This document shows, piece after piece, positions 32,133 through 45,528 of a stretch of 64,000 nucleotides of DNA. The translations under genes and the position numbers were made by a program. A model generated the notes under the pieces. It was not told where the DNA came from and did not search any database. It saw only the letters and a program-made list of their open reading frames with translations. Position 1 is the first letter of the stretch. The number at the start of each line of letters is the position of its first letter. Source of the stretch: Macrostomum hystrix (taxonomy: Eukaryota > Animalia > Platyhelminthes); NCBI GenBank assembly GCA_950097015.1, contig CATNEN010000038.1, positions 11,718,001 to 11,782,000 of the forward strand. Direction: 5' to 3'.

Positions 32133-35100
32133 CATGGGTCCATGAGACTTGCCCGCAGGCGAACTGCCTGCCGAGATTTGCCCGCCAAGATTTGCCCACC
32201 GAGATTTGCCCACTGAGATTTGCCCGCCGAGGTTTGCCCGCAGAGGTTTGCCCGCAGAGATTTGCCCACAGAGATTTGCCCGCAGAGATTTGCCCACAGA
32301 GATTTGCCCGCAGTGCATTCTGCCCGCAGGAGATTTGCCTGTCGAGATTTGCCTGTTGAGATTTGCCAGCAGAGATTTTCCTGTCAAGATTTGCCTGCAG
32401 AGATTTGCCAGCAGAGATTTTCCTGTCAAGATTTGCCCGCAGAGATTTGCCAGCAGAGATTTTCCCGCAATGCAGTTTTAATATTGCAAAAATCGACTTA
32501 TACTTATCGAAATTATTTACCTGCCAGATTTCAACCATGTGAATCTGAAACTCTTACTGCCACAAATGCATAAGATATTTTTTTGGCATTCCGCAGACAC
32601 CTCAAATTTCCTTTCTGCTAAATTACTGTAGCCTGTTCTATAATCTTTTGTAGCAGCAATTTTTTGCTGGATCCTAGTGGTAGGGATGGTAAAATCCCGG
32701 CTAGTTTCCAATCCCAGGATTGTTGGGTTTGGGATATTCCTGTCCAACTCCCATAAAATCCCCAGAATTTTCAGTCCCAGCAAATCCCGAAAAAGTGAAA
32801 TCCCGCTGAATGGTGGGCAATTTTAAGTCCTGGGATTGGAATTCCAGGTTTTTGCTCTCAAATCCTGGTCCTGGTATTGGAATCTCTAGCTGGTAGAGTG
32901 CTGTCTGTTTCAAAGTCACACGTCAGCCGCCTGGATTTTATAACCTTGATCTACTCAACCACAGAATGACAAATCCAGTAAATAAGCCATGGAGTCCTAT
33001 ATGGTGCATGTCAGGGACCCCACGACATTTTATAATCTGGCCCTTACATAGAGTATGAGTATGCAGAGCATTTTCTAGAATGAAATTTAAAGACCTGCTT
33101 ATTAACTCCTTGCTAATCCAGAAAGCAGTTTTAAACAAAGTCTGATGTGATTACTTTCTCGCTAATTCTATCCTGGACCCCTATATCTCAATTCCCAGTC
33201 TTTGATAAAATGTCCATAAAATCTGTCTGGATTTCATTCTCTCTGGGTCTGGGTCTGGGTCTCTCATTCTTTCTTCTCTTTCTGATTGCCTGCAGGCATC
33301 CCACCCCTTTAGCCTCTTTCTTGTCTTGGGTGCCCCTCATTCCTTTGAGCACGCCTCCTAACCCAACCCCTCTCTTTGCCCACCCCTCCTTTCTCTCAAC
33401 CCCCTGTTATCTCCTATAATATATAAATACACTGCCCTTCCTTACTGCTTAGTGTATTCACTAAGTTAGACTGCGACAACTCTACATATATAAAGTGAAT
33501 TTCAAGACAAAGTTAATAACAAACAAAGTTAATAACAGACCACATGGAAGCAGCTCCTCCCATCGCTATGTGCTTTAGTGCAACAATTCGTGGGAAGCGC
33601 AAAGCAGCCTGTGAAGGCTACTACTTTACACTTGAAAGAACTAGCCTGGTTGACAAAGAGGTGTCATTTTGGCAGTGTGAAGAAAGGCACTTGGGATCAT
33701 GTCCTGCTCGAATCCACATCCAGAATGGCTTTAAAGTATGACAGCTGAATGACCACAATCACAGACCTGACGGCTCTCAATTCCAAGTTTCTGAGGCTCT
33801 TCGGGAGTTTAAACCGGATGCCAGGAACACTGTGAATTCAACAGCAAATATCGTCATGGAACACACAAATGGGCTGTCTGAGTGTGCAGGCATAGCCCTT
33901 CCATCTCAAAGCGCATTAAAGCGGCAAGTTCAAGATGTTTGTCAAACACACCAAGGTCTTCCAGTACAGCCGCTCAACCAAGCCGAGCTCATTATACCTG
34001 AAGAATTTCGATTCAACAATGGAGAACTGTTTCTGCTGCATGACTCCAGACAAGACAACAGTCAAATTTTAATCTTCAGTAGCAAGGATAACATTCAGGC
34101 CCTGAAAGTGGCGATAGATATCTTCTCGGACGGCACATTTGATGCCTCGCCACCACTGTTCGCTCAACTGGTGATAGTGCATGCCGAACTTCAAGGCTTC
34201 ATAAGACCACTCATCTACGCATTGCTACCCAACAAGACTGAAGCAATGTACTGTTGATTTTACGAGGCTCTGCATCAATTGGCGCCGAATATGAGGCCAC
34301 TTCGCTAGATGTCAGATTTTGAGCGAGCTAACATGAATGCTGTTCAGCATGTCTTTGGCACCGAGTCAACAGGCTGTCTATTTCACCTCGTTCAGTGCGT
34401 GTTCAAAAGAGCAGTTGCTGAGGGATTAAAGCGTCAGATTGAAGAAGAAGATGGCGAGATGTCCATCTCGCTGCGTTGCCTTTCTGCTTTGGCCTTTGTG
34501 CCTATTAATAGTGTTCCAGCAGCATTTGATGAGTTAATAATGCTGCCTGACTTTCCTGTGGAGATGGCTTCAACAGCAGACTATTTTGAAGCCCAGTGGG
34601 TCAGCCATTGACTTACTGGTGGCGGAAGGCATCAATTTGGAATGTTTGTGAGCGAACTTTAAATGGACTTCATTGCACGAACAACTCAGTTGAAGCCTGG
34701 CATAGGAGGTTCCAGTCAATTCTGGGTTGCAGCAATCCGAATGTTTTTCGGCTCATGAAGGACCTCAAAAAGGAAGTCGAACACCAGGCACTGCTGATGC
34801 AGCAAGCCAACGATGGTGAAGCACCAAATGAGCGGAAGATATACGTGCAGAGCAATGCAATGCTTCTTTGCCTCACACAGCATTGGAATGTCAAAGGTGG
34901 CGGTCTGCCTGCTGACTTTCCTTTGCGTTCCTACCTGAGGGGCATCGCTCACCATTTGAAGAAGTGATCTGATTGACAACAGTAGCTATCCTTACACTGT
35001 TTGGTTTCATGCTGCACTACACTAAGAAGCAATATATTTAATATTCTGTGCTCTAGTTTCATTGTGGCCTATATAATAATAGTTCCCGCTTCTATGGGAT

Positions 35101-36270
35101 TCGCAAAGGCATTCACTTTGTGCACTTTAAACCCTTGTATTTAGCACTGCGGTTGCTTCTAGTTTCTGAAATTTGGTTAGGTCAGAGAAGTTCAGTTAAC
35201 CCTCAGTCTTCTGCTTACATAACAACTCACCCCTCTTTCTCCCCATTCCCTTCCTTTCCTCTCCCTCTCTTCCCCTCTCACCCCCCTCCCCTTCCAGGCA
35301 GATCGGACACAAAAGATTTAGCACTCTGGGTTCACTCTGATCTCAGAAGGCTTCAGCATTTATTACATGAGTAAGCCAACTTTTGATAAAGCATACCTGT
35401 TCATGCCATAAAAATTCAAGGACGCTTTAATTTGTGGGCAAGGTTTCCATTGTAACTGTATCACTGAATGCTTTTGTTGCCATGTACTCCTGTCTTGCGA
35501 TGCACAGTAAATGCTAACAATTGATCAATAATTTTCATTTTGTTTTCATTAGGCCTATTGCTCAATTGAAAGTTATTGTCAAGCGAATGCAAAGTGAAAA
35601 ATGCAATAGAGTACAAAGTTGTTTTAAGTAATTGAACCCAAGGACTTGATTAAAAGGGAATGAATAGGGAAGGATCAAATGGATGTGCTGGCGTGGCACA
35701 TTGGAAGATTTGCTCCTTTGGGGTGCTAAATTCTGTTAATGTGTGAGCTAAGTAACTAGTTACAGTGAAAATTGCTAATTTACCTACTGCAATTCATTTT
35801 TGCTTATATTATGTATGCATGGTGATTGTACAATCGCTGTTGAACCTGTTAATTCGCAATTAATGCCAATGATACCTACAGCCTCACTATCTTTTGACTT
35901 GCGACACTTAAATACCTTGTTCCACGTTTTGCCAAGTGAATGTACAAAAATAGCTATTGTATAGTGCGGTTCTGTCAAGGGAAAAATAAAGTCATTACCT
36001 TATTAAAATATGCGACAAGCTATATGAGCTGCTCCACCAGCAAAAAATGGCCTCTTGTGAGGCAATTTTTCTTGCGAGAAAATCTTTGTGGGCAAATCTC
36101 AATGGGAAAATCTCAACAGTAAAATCTCTGCGGGCAAATCTTGTTGGGCAAATCTCCTGCGGGCAGAATGCACTGTGGACAAATCTCAGTGGGCAAATCT
36201 TGATGGGCAAATCTCCTGCAGGCAAATCTTGGCGGGCAGTTCGCCTGCGGGCAAGTCTCCTGCTCCCATG
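32133..36270 (+). mobile_element. Mutator-like (MULE) DNA transposon, about 4.1 kb, with TIRs built from 14-bp repeats
   Basis: Left end CATGGGTCCATGAGACTTGCCCGCAGGCGAACTGCC is inverted at the right end (GGCAGTTCGCCTGCGGGCAAGTCTCCTGCTCCCATG). GAGATTTGCCCGCA arrays at 32160-32470 and 36075-36235. No clear TSD. Confidence 0.88.
33544..34967 (+). pseudogene. FLYWCH + MULE transposase pseudogene
   Basis: FWQC...CPARI...HNH (FLYWCH); SDGTF; MSDFE; GCLFH; TNNSVEAWH. Stops at about 33739, 34255 and 34306, frameshift near 34610. Confidence 0.92.
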
Positions 36271-37699
36271 CGATATAGAAGAAGCATTACAACAATAGTA
36301 TAGTATAGTTATTTAGTGTAGCCAGATGCCAGACAATTACATGCCCTGTTCAGTTCTAATTTAAAATTACAACAAATTGAAAAGAAAGCATGTTTAATTT
36401 TATGACTTGTGACTTGTTATGACTTGTATTAGGCCCCCCTATTATTTTTTTCATTTTGTCTTAACATATTTATATGTTGTTGATTAATGCAAAGCATGCC
36501 ATTGAGTATCACTTATATTTTAACATTCTAATATAAAGTCAAAAGTCCATAGCTATCATGCATCCAATTAAAACACTGTGTGAAAGGCTGCCGTGCACCC
36601 AATTAAAAAACTGCATGGACAGTTACCATGCATGCAAGCTCTTTGGTTTTTTACTTTTATCAACTAGCTAGCTAGGTCTGGTAACAGGCTCTTTAGACTA
36701 GCTAAGCTACTGACCTATATAATTAAATGCTTTCGATTAGTTTAGTTTTAGAAAAAAGAAGCAGAACTTAGGCTGGCTAGTTAGTTGAAGAGCAATGTTG
36801 AATTTATAGACACAAAAAAATTAATAGACCTAGGCTTTACAGTCGTGGTAAAATATATTGAAATGACTTTTTAAAGAGCTGAAATTAAAGTATTACAACG
36901 TACCATACCAATTAACATAGAATGGCTCACTAGGCCCCCTAACTGCACGAAATATATAATTTCTTAATCTTACAAAGCTCTCTCTTAGCCGGGAAAATTT
37001 CCAGGAAAACAGTTTATAGCTTAAAAAGTGATGCTTCTTTTCGCAAAGTTTAACAACCTTAGTAAATCTGTAGTTCAGCTAAATTTTTATTTAAGAAGAA
37101 TCATAAAAATCATAAACATTTTATTATTTTATGTTGTTTTACTATAACAAGTTTCGTTTTTAGATTTCTCCATTACATAAGTATTAGTTAAATTTTGAGG
37201 CAGTCTGTCTTGCTGGTAATGCATAGTTAGTTAAATTAAAACTCTGAAAGTTAATTACGCAAGAGCTCTACATGCGTTCGAAGTACTGCAGTACGGCTGC
37301 CTTCTCTAAGTTTAATGTTGATAAGAATTACCACGTTATAGCAACTACATTTAGAAGTGCAGTTTACGTGCACGAAAAAATGAAAAGGATTGAAAGGTAG
37401 GCGAGAGGATCCTTCTCAGTCCCGCTGCAGGTGCTGCGAAATCCGCGGATAATCTTGAATTTCGGCCACAAGCAGAAAAATTGCTAAGTAAGATTTCCAT
37501 AGAATAGAAAAATGTTTTGAAGCCAGCTAGCTAGCTATAATAGCCTCGAGTCTAAAGCTCTGATTAAAAAAAATATCAAAAACTAGTAAGAATAATCTAC
37601 TAGCACTCACAAGGGGAATAAAAAAACAGACTGTTTACGTTTTAAACGTGTAAAGTAGATTAGGATTCATCGACAGGCTTAGATGGAATCCATTTTAAT

Positions 37700-38425
37700 C
37701 TAGGTGAAATCCATGTGAATACAGGTGAAATCCATGTGATTACAGGTGGAATCCATGTGAATACAGGTGGAATCCATGTGAAAACAGGTGGAATCCATGT
37801 GAATACAGGTGGAATCCATGTGAATACAGGTGGAATCCATGTGAATACAGGTGGAATCCATGTGAAAACAGGTGGAATCCATGTGAATACAGGTGGAATC
37901 CATGTGAATACAGGTGGAATCCATGTGAATACAGGTGGAATCCATGTGAATACAGGTGGAATCCATGTGAATACAGGTGGAATCCATGTGAATACAGGTG
38001 GAATCCATGTGAATACAGGTGGAATCCATGTGAATACAGGTGGAATCCATGTGAATACAGATGGAATCCATGTGAATACAGGTGGAATCCATGTGAATAC
38101 AGGTGGAATCCATGTGAATACAGGTGGAATCCATGTGAATACAGGTGGAATCCATGTTAATACAGGTGGAATCCATATGAATAAAGATGGAATCCATGTA
38201 AATCTATGTGGAATCCATGTGAATCTATTTGGAATCCATGTGAATCCAGGTGGAATCCATGCGAGTCTGAGTGGAATCCATGCGAGTCTGAGTGGAATCC
38301 ATGCGAGTCTGAGTGGAATCCATGCGAGTCTGAGTGGAATCCATGCGAGTCTGAGTGGAATCCATGCGAGTCTGAGTGGAATCCATGCCAGTCTGAGTGG
38401 TATCCATGTGACTCTATGTGGAATC
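37700..38425. repeat. 21-bp minisatellite (TACAGGTGGAATCCATGTGAA)n grading into a GAGTCTGAGTGGAATCCATGC variant
   Basis: Seen directly; two sub-arrays. Confidence 0.96.
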
Positions 38426-38508
38426 TAGCTGAACTTAGCGTTATAATTAGAAACATAGCTTAATTGGGGCCTTTTCTAGCTGTCCGTGAGAGTCAAATGG
38501 GAGACAAG

Positions 38509-41500
38509 TCAAGTTGTATTTTTACACTCCAGCGGTTGCTGGGACAAAAACATATCCAAGCCGCAGCGATAGAAGTGCTGACAGTGCAGTCTGTAGTATG
38601 TTTCTAGGCTGGCGAATCGCAGGCGGCCCAGCCTCTGGTCTGGCAGATCTGGCGGGCTGGAGCAGCACACCAGTCGCATGGTTGGAACGCTGGCAATCTT
38701 TTCTAGAACGTCCAGCGATAGTCCAGACGGGCAGGCGATGCAGGTGAGCCGTGTGGCCGACTGAAACAGAAGCCGTATGATTCGATCAATGACCAGCTTG
38801 CCAATAAAAACGCTGTCCTGTCCGCTCATCCAGCTGAGATTCAATAACCGAAGCTCCGGTAGATGCTGGATAAGGTCGAGCAGTGCCAAATCTATGGCAT
38901 CGTTTGACACGCCTTGCCTGCGTAGGTTAGCTAACAGATTAATGCCAGGCAAGGCTAACGTCTCCAGCCTTGGAAACTGGTTTTTGATACGACCTAGACT
39001 CAATACGGTCAGCCTGGGACAGTTAACAAGCTCGAGGCAGCGTAGACCGCTAGCTGAACTTAACTGGGCTAGCAGCCACTGCGTCACCGAAACGGCATAG
39101 TAGATTGACAGCCGTCGGAGCTGGGTTAGACGCACCGGCGGCTGCTCCGGCAAATTTAAAACGACTGGAAGATGACAGCTGACGAGGGTTATCTGCGGGA
39201 TCAGAGGACTCGTGCACTCGGTTTTAGAAGCATGAGAAGTTTGAGCTGGCAATAAAGAAGGAATGTTTGATGAAGGTTCTAGAGAAAGAATGTTTGACGC
39301 AGGTTGTAGAGAAAGAATGTTTGACGCAGGTTCTAGAGAAAGAATGTTTGACGCAGGTTGTAGAGAAAGAATGTTTGACGCAGGTTCTAGAGAAAGAATG
39401 TTTGACGCAGGTTGTAGAGAAAGAATGTTTGACGCAGGTTCTAGAGAAAGAATGTTTGACGCAGGTTCTAGAGAAAGAATGTTTGACGCAGGTTCTAGAG
39501 AAAGAATGTTTGACGCAGGTTCTAGAGAAAGAATGTTTGACGCAGGTTCTAGAGAAGGAATGTTTGATGCAGGTTCTAGAGAAAGAATGTTTGACGCAGG
39601 TTCTAGAGAAAGAATGTTTGACGCAGGTTCTAGAGAAAGAATGTTTGACGCAGGTTCTAGAGAAAGAATGTTTGACGCAGGTTCTAGAGAAGGAATGTTT
39701 GATGCAGGTTCTAGAGAAGGAATGTTTGATGCAGGTTCTAGAGAAGGAATGTTTGACGCAGGTTCTAGAGAAAGAATGTTTGATGCAGGTTCTAGAGAAG
39801 GAATGTTTGATGCAGGTTCTAGAGAAGGAATGTTTGACGCAGGTTCTAGAGAAGGAATGTTTGATGCAGGTTCTAGAGAAGGAATGTTTGATGCAGGTTC
39901 TAGAGAAGGAATGTTTGACGCAGGTTCTAGAGAAAGAATGTTTGACGCAGGTTCTAGAGAAAGAATGTTTGACGCAGGTTCTAGAGAAGGAATGTTTGAC
40001 GCAGGTTCTAGAGAAAGAATGTTTGACGCAGGTTCTAGAGAAAGAATGTTTGATGCAGGTTCTAGAGAAGGAATGTTTGATGCAGGTTCTAGAGAAAGAA
40101 TGTTTGACGCAGGTTCTAGAGAACCAATCAAGCACCCTGACAACAAGCTAGCTTAATTCCAAGATTTATACCCTATTGGTCAGTTGATAGGAGTTGCAGG
40201 GATACCTCAGTGAGAGTCTCTGGTAGGCAGTGCGGAAATGAGCGAATCAGGTCGCAGTAGGCCAGGCTTAGCTCAGTCAAGTGCGGACACTCGGTTGCTA
40301 GGAGTCGCATAACGTCTGTCGTGATGGTCAGACGAAGCCGTGGAAGCCGGATTGGCTCACCAACCTCACCTGTAAAATAGATATTTTAGTAAGGGGGGTC
40401 AGTGGCAGAGCGGTTAACGCATTAGCCTCTCGCGCCAAGGTCCCTAATCTCGATTCCGTTGCGGTGCCACATTCATTTCGGGCGCAGCCGCGGAGAGAAG
40501 GCTTGGGGGCTTGTTGTGCAATTCATGCCCTTGAAAGCCAACCTCAGAGGCACAGTGAGAGTGTACAGTATTTGTGCTGTGCCTGCGTACAGTATCTGTG
40601 TGCGAGTGGGCTCAGAAGTCAGTGGAATGGGCAGAATTGCCTCCTTGCTAGCTACGGGTCTAGTGTCACCAAATGATGTGCCATTGCCCGCAGCTCTCCT
40701 GAAAATATGACAGGATATGACAGGGCAGTACAGGACAGTGAGGACAGAAGTGAGGACAGCAGACTCACCCGAGTCATAAGAGCCCAGGTGTAGAACAGTG
40801 ACGCCATATGTGAAAGTTCCCATCTTGCCGCGAATTAGCTTCTTTAACTGGCTATTATTTGAGTGACGATTCAGCATTCTCACATTGGCCCATAGTGAAT
40901 TGTCAGAGCAGAGATTGCGCCATCGCTTGCAGACACTAGGGTTTTCATGTGCTTGTGGTTAACTATTAAGTTGCTTTTTATTAAACAAAATATGTGTACA
41001 AAACTTATCAATAGAAAAGTGACAAAATTTCAGTAGAGTTACCCATAGCCAGTTTTTCGTAATCCAGAAGATACAGTTAAAACTTGAATGTTTATTACTT
41101 TTAAAGACTTCAAAATAAATGGTTCATATTGGAATTGGAACAGAAAAGTTTTTTGTTGTTTCCATAAAGCTACCACAGAAGATGTACGCTTGTAGCTTAA
41201 CTAGCTTAGCTTAACTATTCTAGCTTAGCTTAACAATTCTAGCTTAACCTGTGCTTTGAAAAGTTAGCTGAAAGCTAATAGATAAATTTGAGTTCATAAT
41301 TAACAAAAGTAAGCTACTTACAAATTTAACAAATTTAATAAAGTATTTTTTAATCTAATTGAACTATTGAACAAATTAACTGTTGCTCAGGGTGAAACAT
41401 AAACCGAAACATTTTTTTCATTTTTAGTTAATCTTCAAACTATATTTTTTAGAAAAACTCTAAATAATTATTTGTTTAACTAAAAAAATTGCAGCTTACA

Positions 41501-41828
41501 TTCTCAAAGCTTACAGTAGGTATAGGTAGTTATGGTTTTAAAAAGTATTCAAGCATAATTCATTCATAGGCCTATTCATTTAAATTAAGAATTCATATAT
41601 CATTCCTCAAATGAATATGAATGAGTTATTATTAAATTAAGAATTCAAATGAATTATGGCTACTGATTATACTTTATACCTTAGGTTGGAGGCTGGAGCT
41701 AATGGCAAATAATAGCGAAATGATTACAAAACGATGATTGTGTAACCGTACCTTGAGATTCTAGACAAATCTTCACAATCAAGATCAGTGAACACTCTAA
41801 GCAGAATTTCGTCGGGTAGCTTATTCAT
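38509..41828 (-). CDS. F-box/LRR (FBXL-type) protein (363 aa, 4 exons)
   Basis: Exons 41828-41752 (MNKLPDEILLRVFTDL), 40935-40769 (VCKRWRNLCSDNSLW), 40369-40206 (CPHLTELSLAYC), 39192-38509 (LRCLELVNCPRL, LPELRLLNLSW). All GT-AG and frame-consistent. Confidence 0.88.
39258..40122. repeat. 27-bp minisatellite (AGAATGTTTGACGCAGGTTCTAGAGAA)n in F-box gene intron 3
   Basis: About 32 units. Confidence 0.96.
40394..40710 (+). mobile_element. SINE family A copy (F-box gene intron 2)
   Basis: TGGCAGAGCGG A-box, TCTCGATTCC B-box, shared body. Confidence 0.85.
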
Positions 41829-43299
41829 ATTAGAACAAGTCACTGAAATGGATGCGCAATGTGTGCACAATGCACTGCGTCACTAGCTGGCGCTGGGAAA
41901 TTTCTGATTCAGTTAGACTCTGGAACAAAAATGTATGGACTTTGTGAATGTCCTAACAGATTTAACTATCGAAGAAAACAGATATGATGTAATTAAACCA
42001 ATAGCGAAACAATAACGAAAATAAGAGAGAGTAGACTAGACAATTATTATTATTTTACAGAAGATAAAATTAAAAAGCGACAGCGTTCATACTTCGAAGA
42101 CGCTAAAAATAGCTATACTTTCTGCAGGAAAACAATTTATTTGGTAAATTAGTTATTTCCTGGTCGTATTAATTCAACAGTAGCACATTCTTTAGCTTCT
42201 ATCAATTCCTCTATCAGGTTATAGTTGTTTTAATACGTCGCAAATTATCGCTTCTTATCGTAAACATTTTTAAAACTCGTACGGTGTTACCCACGTGTCC
42301 TGTCCACAATCACCACACAACACCTTTTATTCTATTATGATTAAATTACCACCTATTTTACCCAATTTTTCTTTGCGTGAAGTCGTGATAGCTATATCTG
42401 TGAAGTCGAAACTTTTCTGCAAATTTCTAGTCTTCACTTGTATCTAGATTTTATAGATTTTAAATTTTTTAATTTATAAAGGTTTATACTAATTTTAAAG
42501 GGGCCTATAGGTTATAAAATAAACTTAATTTGATACTATTTACTTTTTTCAGTATTGATCGAAAACGCTAATCTTTTTATACAGGAATTAGGTCGATAAA
42601 TATTTCTTTGACAGCCATGTCGTGTCTATTACAAATAATTACTGTTTACTCTCTTGTTGTTTAGCTGATACATAAATTAACTACACCAATGTGCTAGAGA
42701 ATAGAGCAGCTGGGGAGCATGCATTTCAGTAGACTTACACGTTATTTGACATCAAATAAACATAAAAATTTTGCTACAAAGTTCTGCTTATGAAAGCTAG
42801 TTTGCTAACTGTTAACTGTCTTTTTTCTATCATCTGATCATCTGATTCTGAATCATCAATTTTGTGCACAAAACAAGAAAGTTCTTTTAGAACTATACCT
42901 TTTAGAGAGTGCTCTATATGCACTAATTTATTTTTTATGCTCAATTCACATGTATTTTTTATTTCCAGCAGCTAGAACAGTATTTTACTTCTTAGAATTA
43001 ATCTCCATATTATTTTTGGCTATCACTTCTGATGCTTACTTTCAGAAAGTATAAGGGTAAATAAAAATACTAATAGAATTTCAAAGAATTATTGGATAAA
43101 AAATCGTCATCTATGAATAACCTCATAAAATTTTTAGTTTAAACTTTACATGTATATATATAATACATATGTTCTGAAAGCTCAGTCAAAGTACTCAAAG
43201 GGTGGTAAAAAGGAAGTCATTTCTTAATCAAAATTTAACTCACGTGATCTTAAAAACATGCTAGTTATTAATTTTAATATGAATGTTTTGATTACGACG

Positions 43300-43572
43300 A
43301 GGAAAATTCTGCCAATTACGCCGACTCCTGAGCACACACGCACACAGATACTGTACGCATACACACGCTTACATAGGTGTGTACATCTGCCCTTGACTTT
43401 CTCGTCGTCAGGCGTTGTACACTCTCACTGTGCCTTGGAGGCTGGCCCTCAAAGGCGAAAATTGTACGACAAGCCTCCAAGCCTTATTTGCGGCTGCGCC
43501 CTAAATAAAAGTGGCCTCACCGCGGAATCGAGTTCGCGGACCTTGGTGCTAGATGTAAACGCGTTAGACCGC
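43300..43572 (-). mobile_element. SINE family A copy
   Basis: Reverse complement of the family A body (AATTCTGCC, CTCCTGAGCACAC, CACTGTGCCTTGGAG, GCGGCTGCGCCC, CGCGGAATCGAG). Confidence 0.8.
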
Positions 43573-44900
43573 GTACAAAAATGTATTTTTTACTCGATCT
43601 ATCAGTTGGCCTAAGTACTTCATTCACCATAAGCGTCAAGCTGCCTTTCTACTTTCGTGCTGAAAATTCTGCTTTTCGTCACTGGGTGCTTGTACTTTAC
43701 GAAAGAAACGCATAGCATAGCCAACCAATGTAAATACTTTTAGATATTCCCTTTTTCTCTACGCATAACCTCTATCTCTGCCCATCATAAATGTTTATTG
43801 AAGCCGAAGCCTATTTTAAGTCGGCGAAGCTGACTGACGCAACGCAGGCAATAAAAATAATCCGGATTCCCTAGGGGTGCACGGGAAGTGCAGTTGGGGG
43901 GGAGTATTAATAAACGCGGCAAGGGAGAAAGATTTGGCGACAGTCAAATTCATCTTTCCTCAGGTTTTTTTGGGGCGGACCGAGGGGGATTTGGGACTAT
44001 TATAGGAGAGTGGGATGGAAGGAAGACATAGAATGTACTGCCGCGGGTCTAGCAGAGACAGAGCGGTAAAACGGGAGCGGGCTGGGCGGGCACCGTGCGA
44101 TTGCAGGGAGGGAGAGAAAGAGTGAAAAAATCGAAAGGCGGGATTTCGGTTTCCAACCCATTCGTTCTGCTCCCGTTGAGAGTGAGACAGGGAGAGAATT
44201 GCAGGCACAAACGAGTAGTTTATCGTTTCAACTCCTGGTCTTATTTCATTTTTTCTTGACTTTGTCCACAATAAATATATTTACATGCAGTTTATATATA
44301 GTATTTTTTCTGTCCAATGACAGAGCCCCCAAAGATTAGTATATGTTTAGAATGAAGACACAACTAAGAAATTGATTGCGCTTCCTATAGACTAAAAGTT
44401 TTTTGTGTGTCTTATATCCATGTGTCCTATGTGTATTCCATTCGATTTTAGTACGCTGGGCCGTCTGGGGAATCCTAGATAGCTATACAGCATCTCCTCT
44501 CCTCTCCTCTCTACTCTCTACCTCAGCCACCACCTCGTTTTAGTCAGTCAGGGCAAGTAATAAAAAAACTGGCTGGCTATGAGTAGGGTGAAAGGATTGG
44601 TGACCTGCGGGCTAGTGGGATAGAAAATGAACCTGTGGGGGGGATAAGGGACTGGGGATCGAGTGAGCCTGATAGCAGGTAATGACATCCCTACCTGTCT
44701 TGTCCTTTTTGCCGCTAAGGAAAGTTAATTGATGCATAAAAAGGCAATTAACCAGACTTATTCCATCGGGGATTAATTAGATACATGAAATAGTTTTATG
44801 TATTTTTGACCTCACCTTAAGCGTGTGATGACCCGTGATTAGCATATAAAATAAATTATGTATAGCCATGCTCATATGCGCCCATAACATGGGATGTATG

Positions 44901-45528
44901 CAGTGGCGCAACCAGGGGGGGGCGGGGTGGCGGCCGCCCCCCCCTTCGGCCCGCGGGGGCAATGTACGCAAACGGCAAGCCAAGACGCTTCTTAATGTAT
45001 TACCTTATCTCATTCCCTGTCCCCCAAGTCCAACGTACATAGACCAAAGACCTTCATTATAATCGTGCGTGCGTTCTGATTTTTTAAACCTTTTAAATCG
45101 TCTGGGCCCTACCCTACCGGCCCTTGAAATTGGCCCAGGAATGATGGGCGAAAACCGCGAAACAGAGCGCGCTCCACGTGGCGGCCGCTCCCTTCGACCC
45201 GCGGGGCAATGTACGCAAAGGGCAATGTACCCAAAGGGCAATGTACCCAAAGGGCAAGGTACGCAAAGGGCAATGTACGCAAATGGCAATATACGCAAAT
45301 GGCAATGTACCCAAAGGGCAATGTAGGCAAAGGGCAATGTACGCAAAGGGCAATGTACCCAAAGGGCAATGTACGCAAAGGGCAATGTAGGCAAAGGGCA
45401 ATGTACGCAAAGGGCAATGTACGCAAAGGGCAATGTACGCAAAGGGCAATGTACCCAAAGGGCAATGTACGCAAAGGGCAATGTACGCAAAGACCGCCCC
45501 CTTAAGGCAAAACCTGGTTGCGCCACTG
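44901..45528. mobile_element. Non-autonomous hAT-type element (MITE), 628 bp
   Basis: 16-bp TIR CAGTGGCGCAACCAGG / CCTGGTTGCGCCACTG; perfect 8-bp TSD GATGTATG; internal 16-bp array GGGCAATGTACGCAAA at 45203-45491. Confidence 0.93.

Noticed and set aside
38509-40146. 545-aa repeat+LRR protein
   Set aside because: A better model places the repeat in an intron of a 4-exon F-box gene; this ORF starts at a non-ATG codon.
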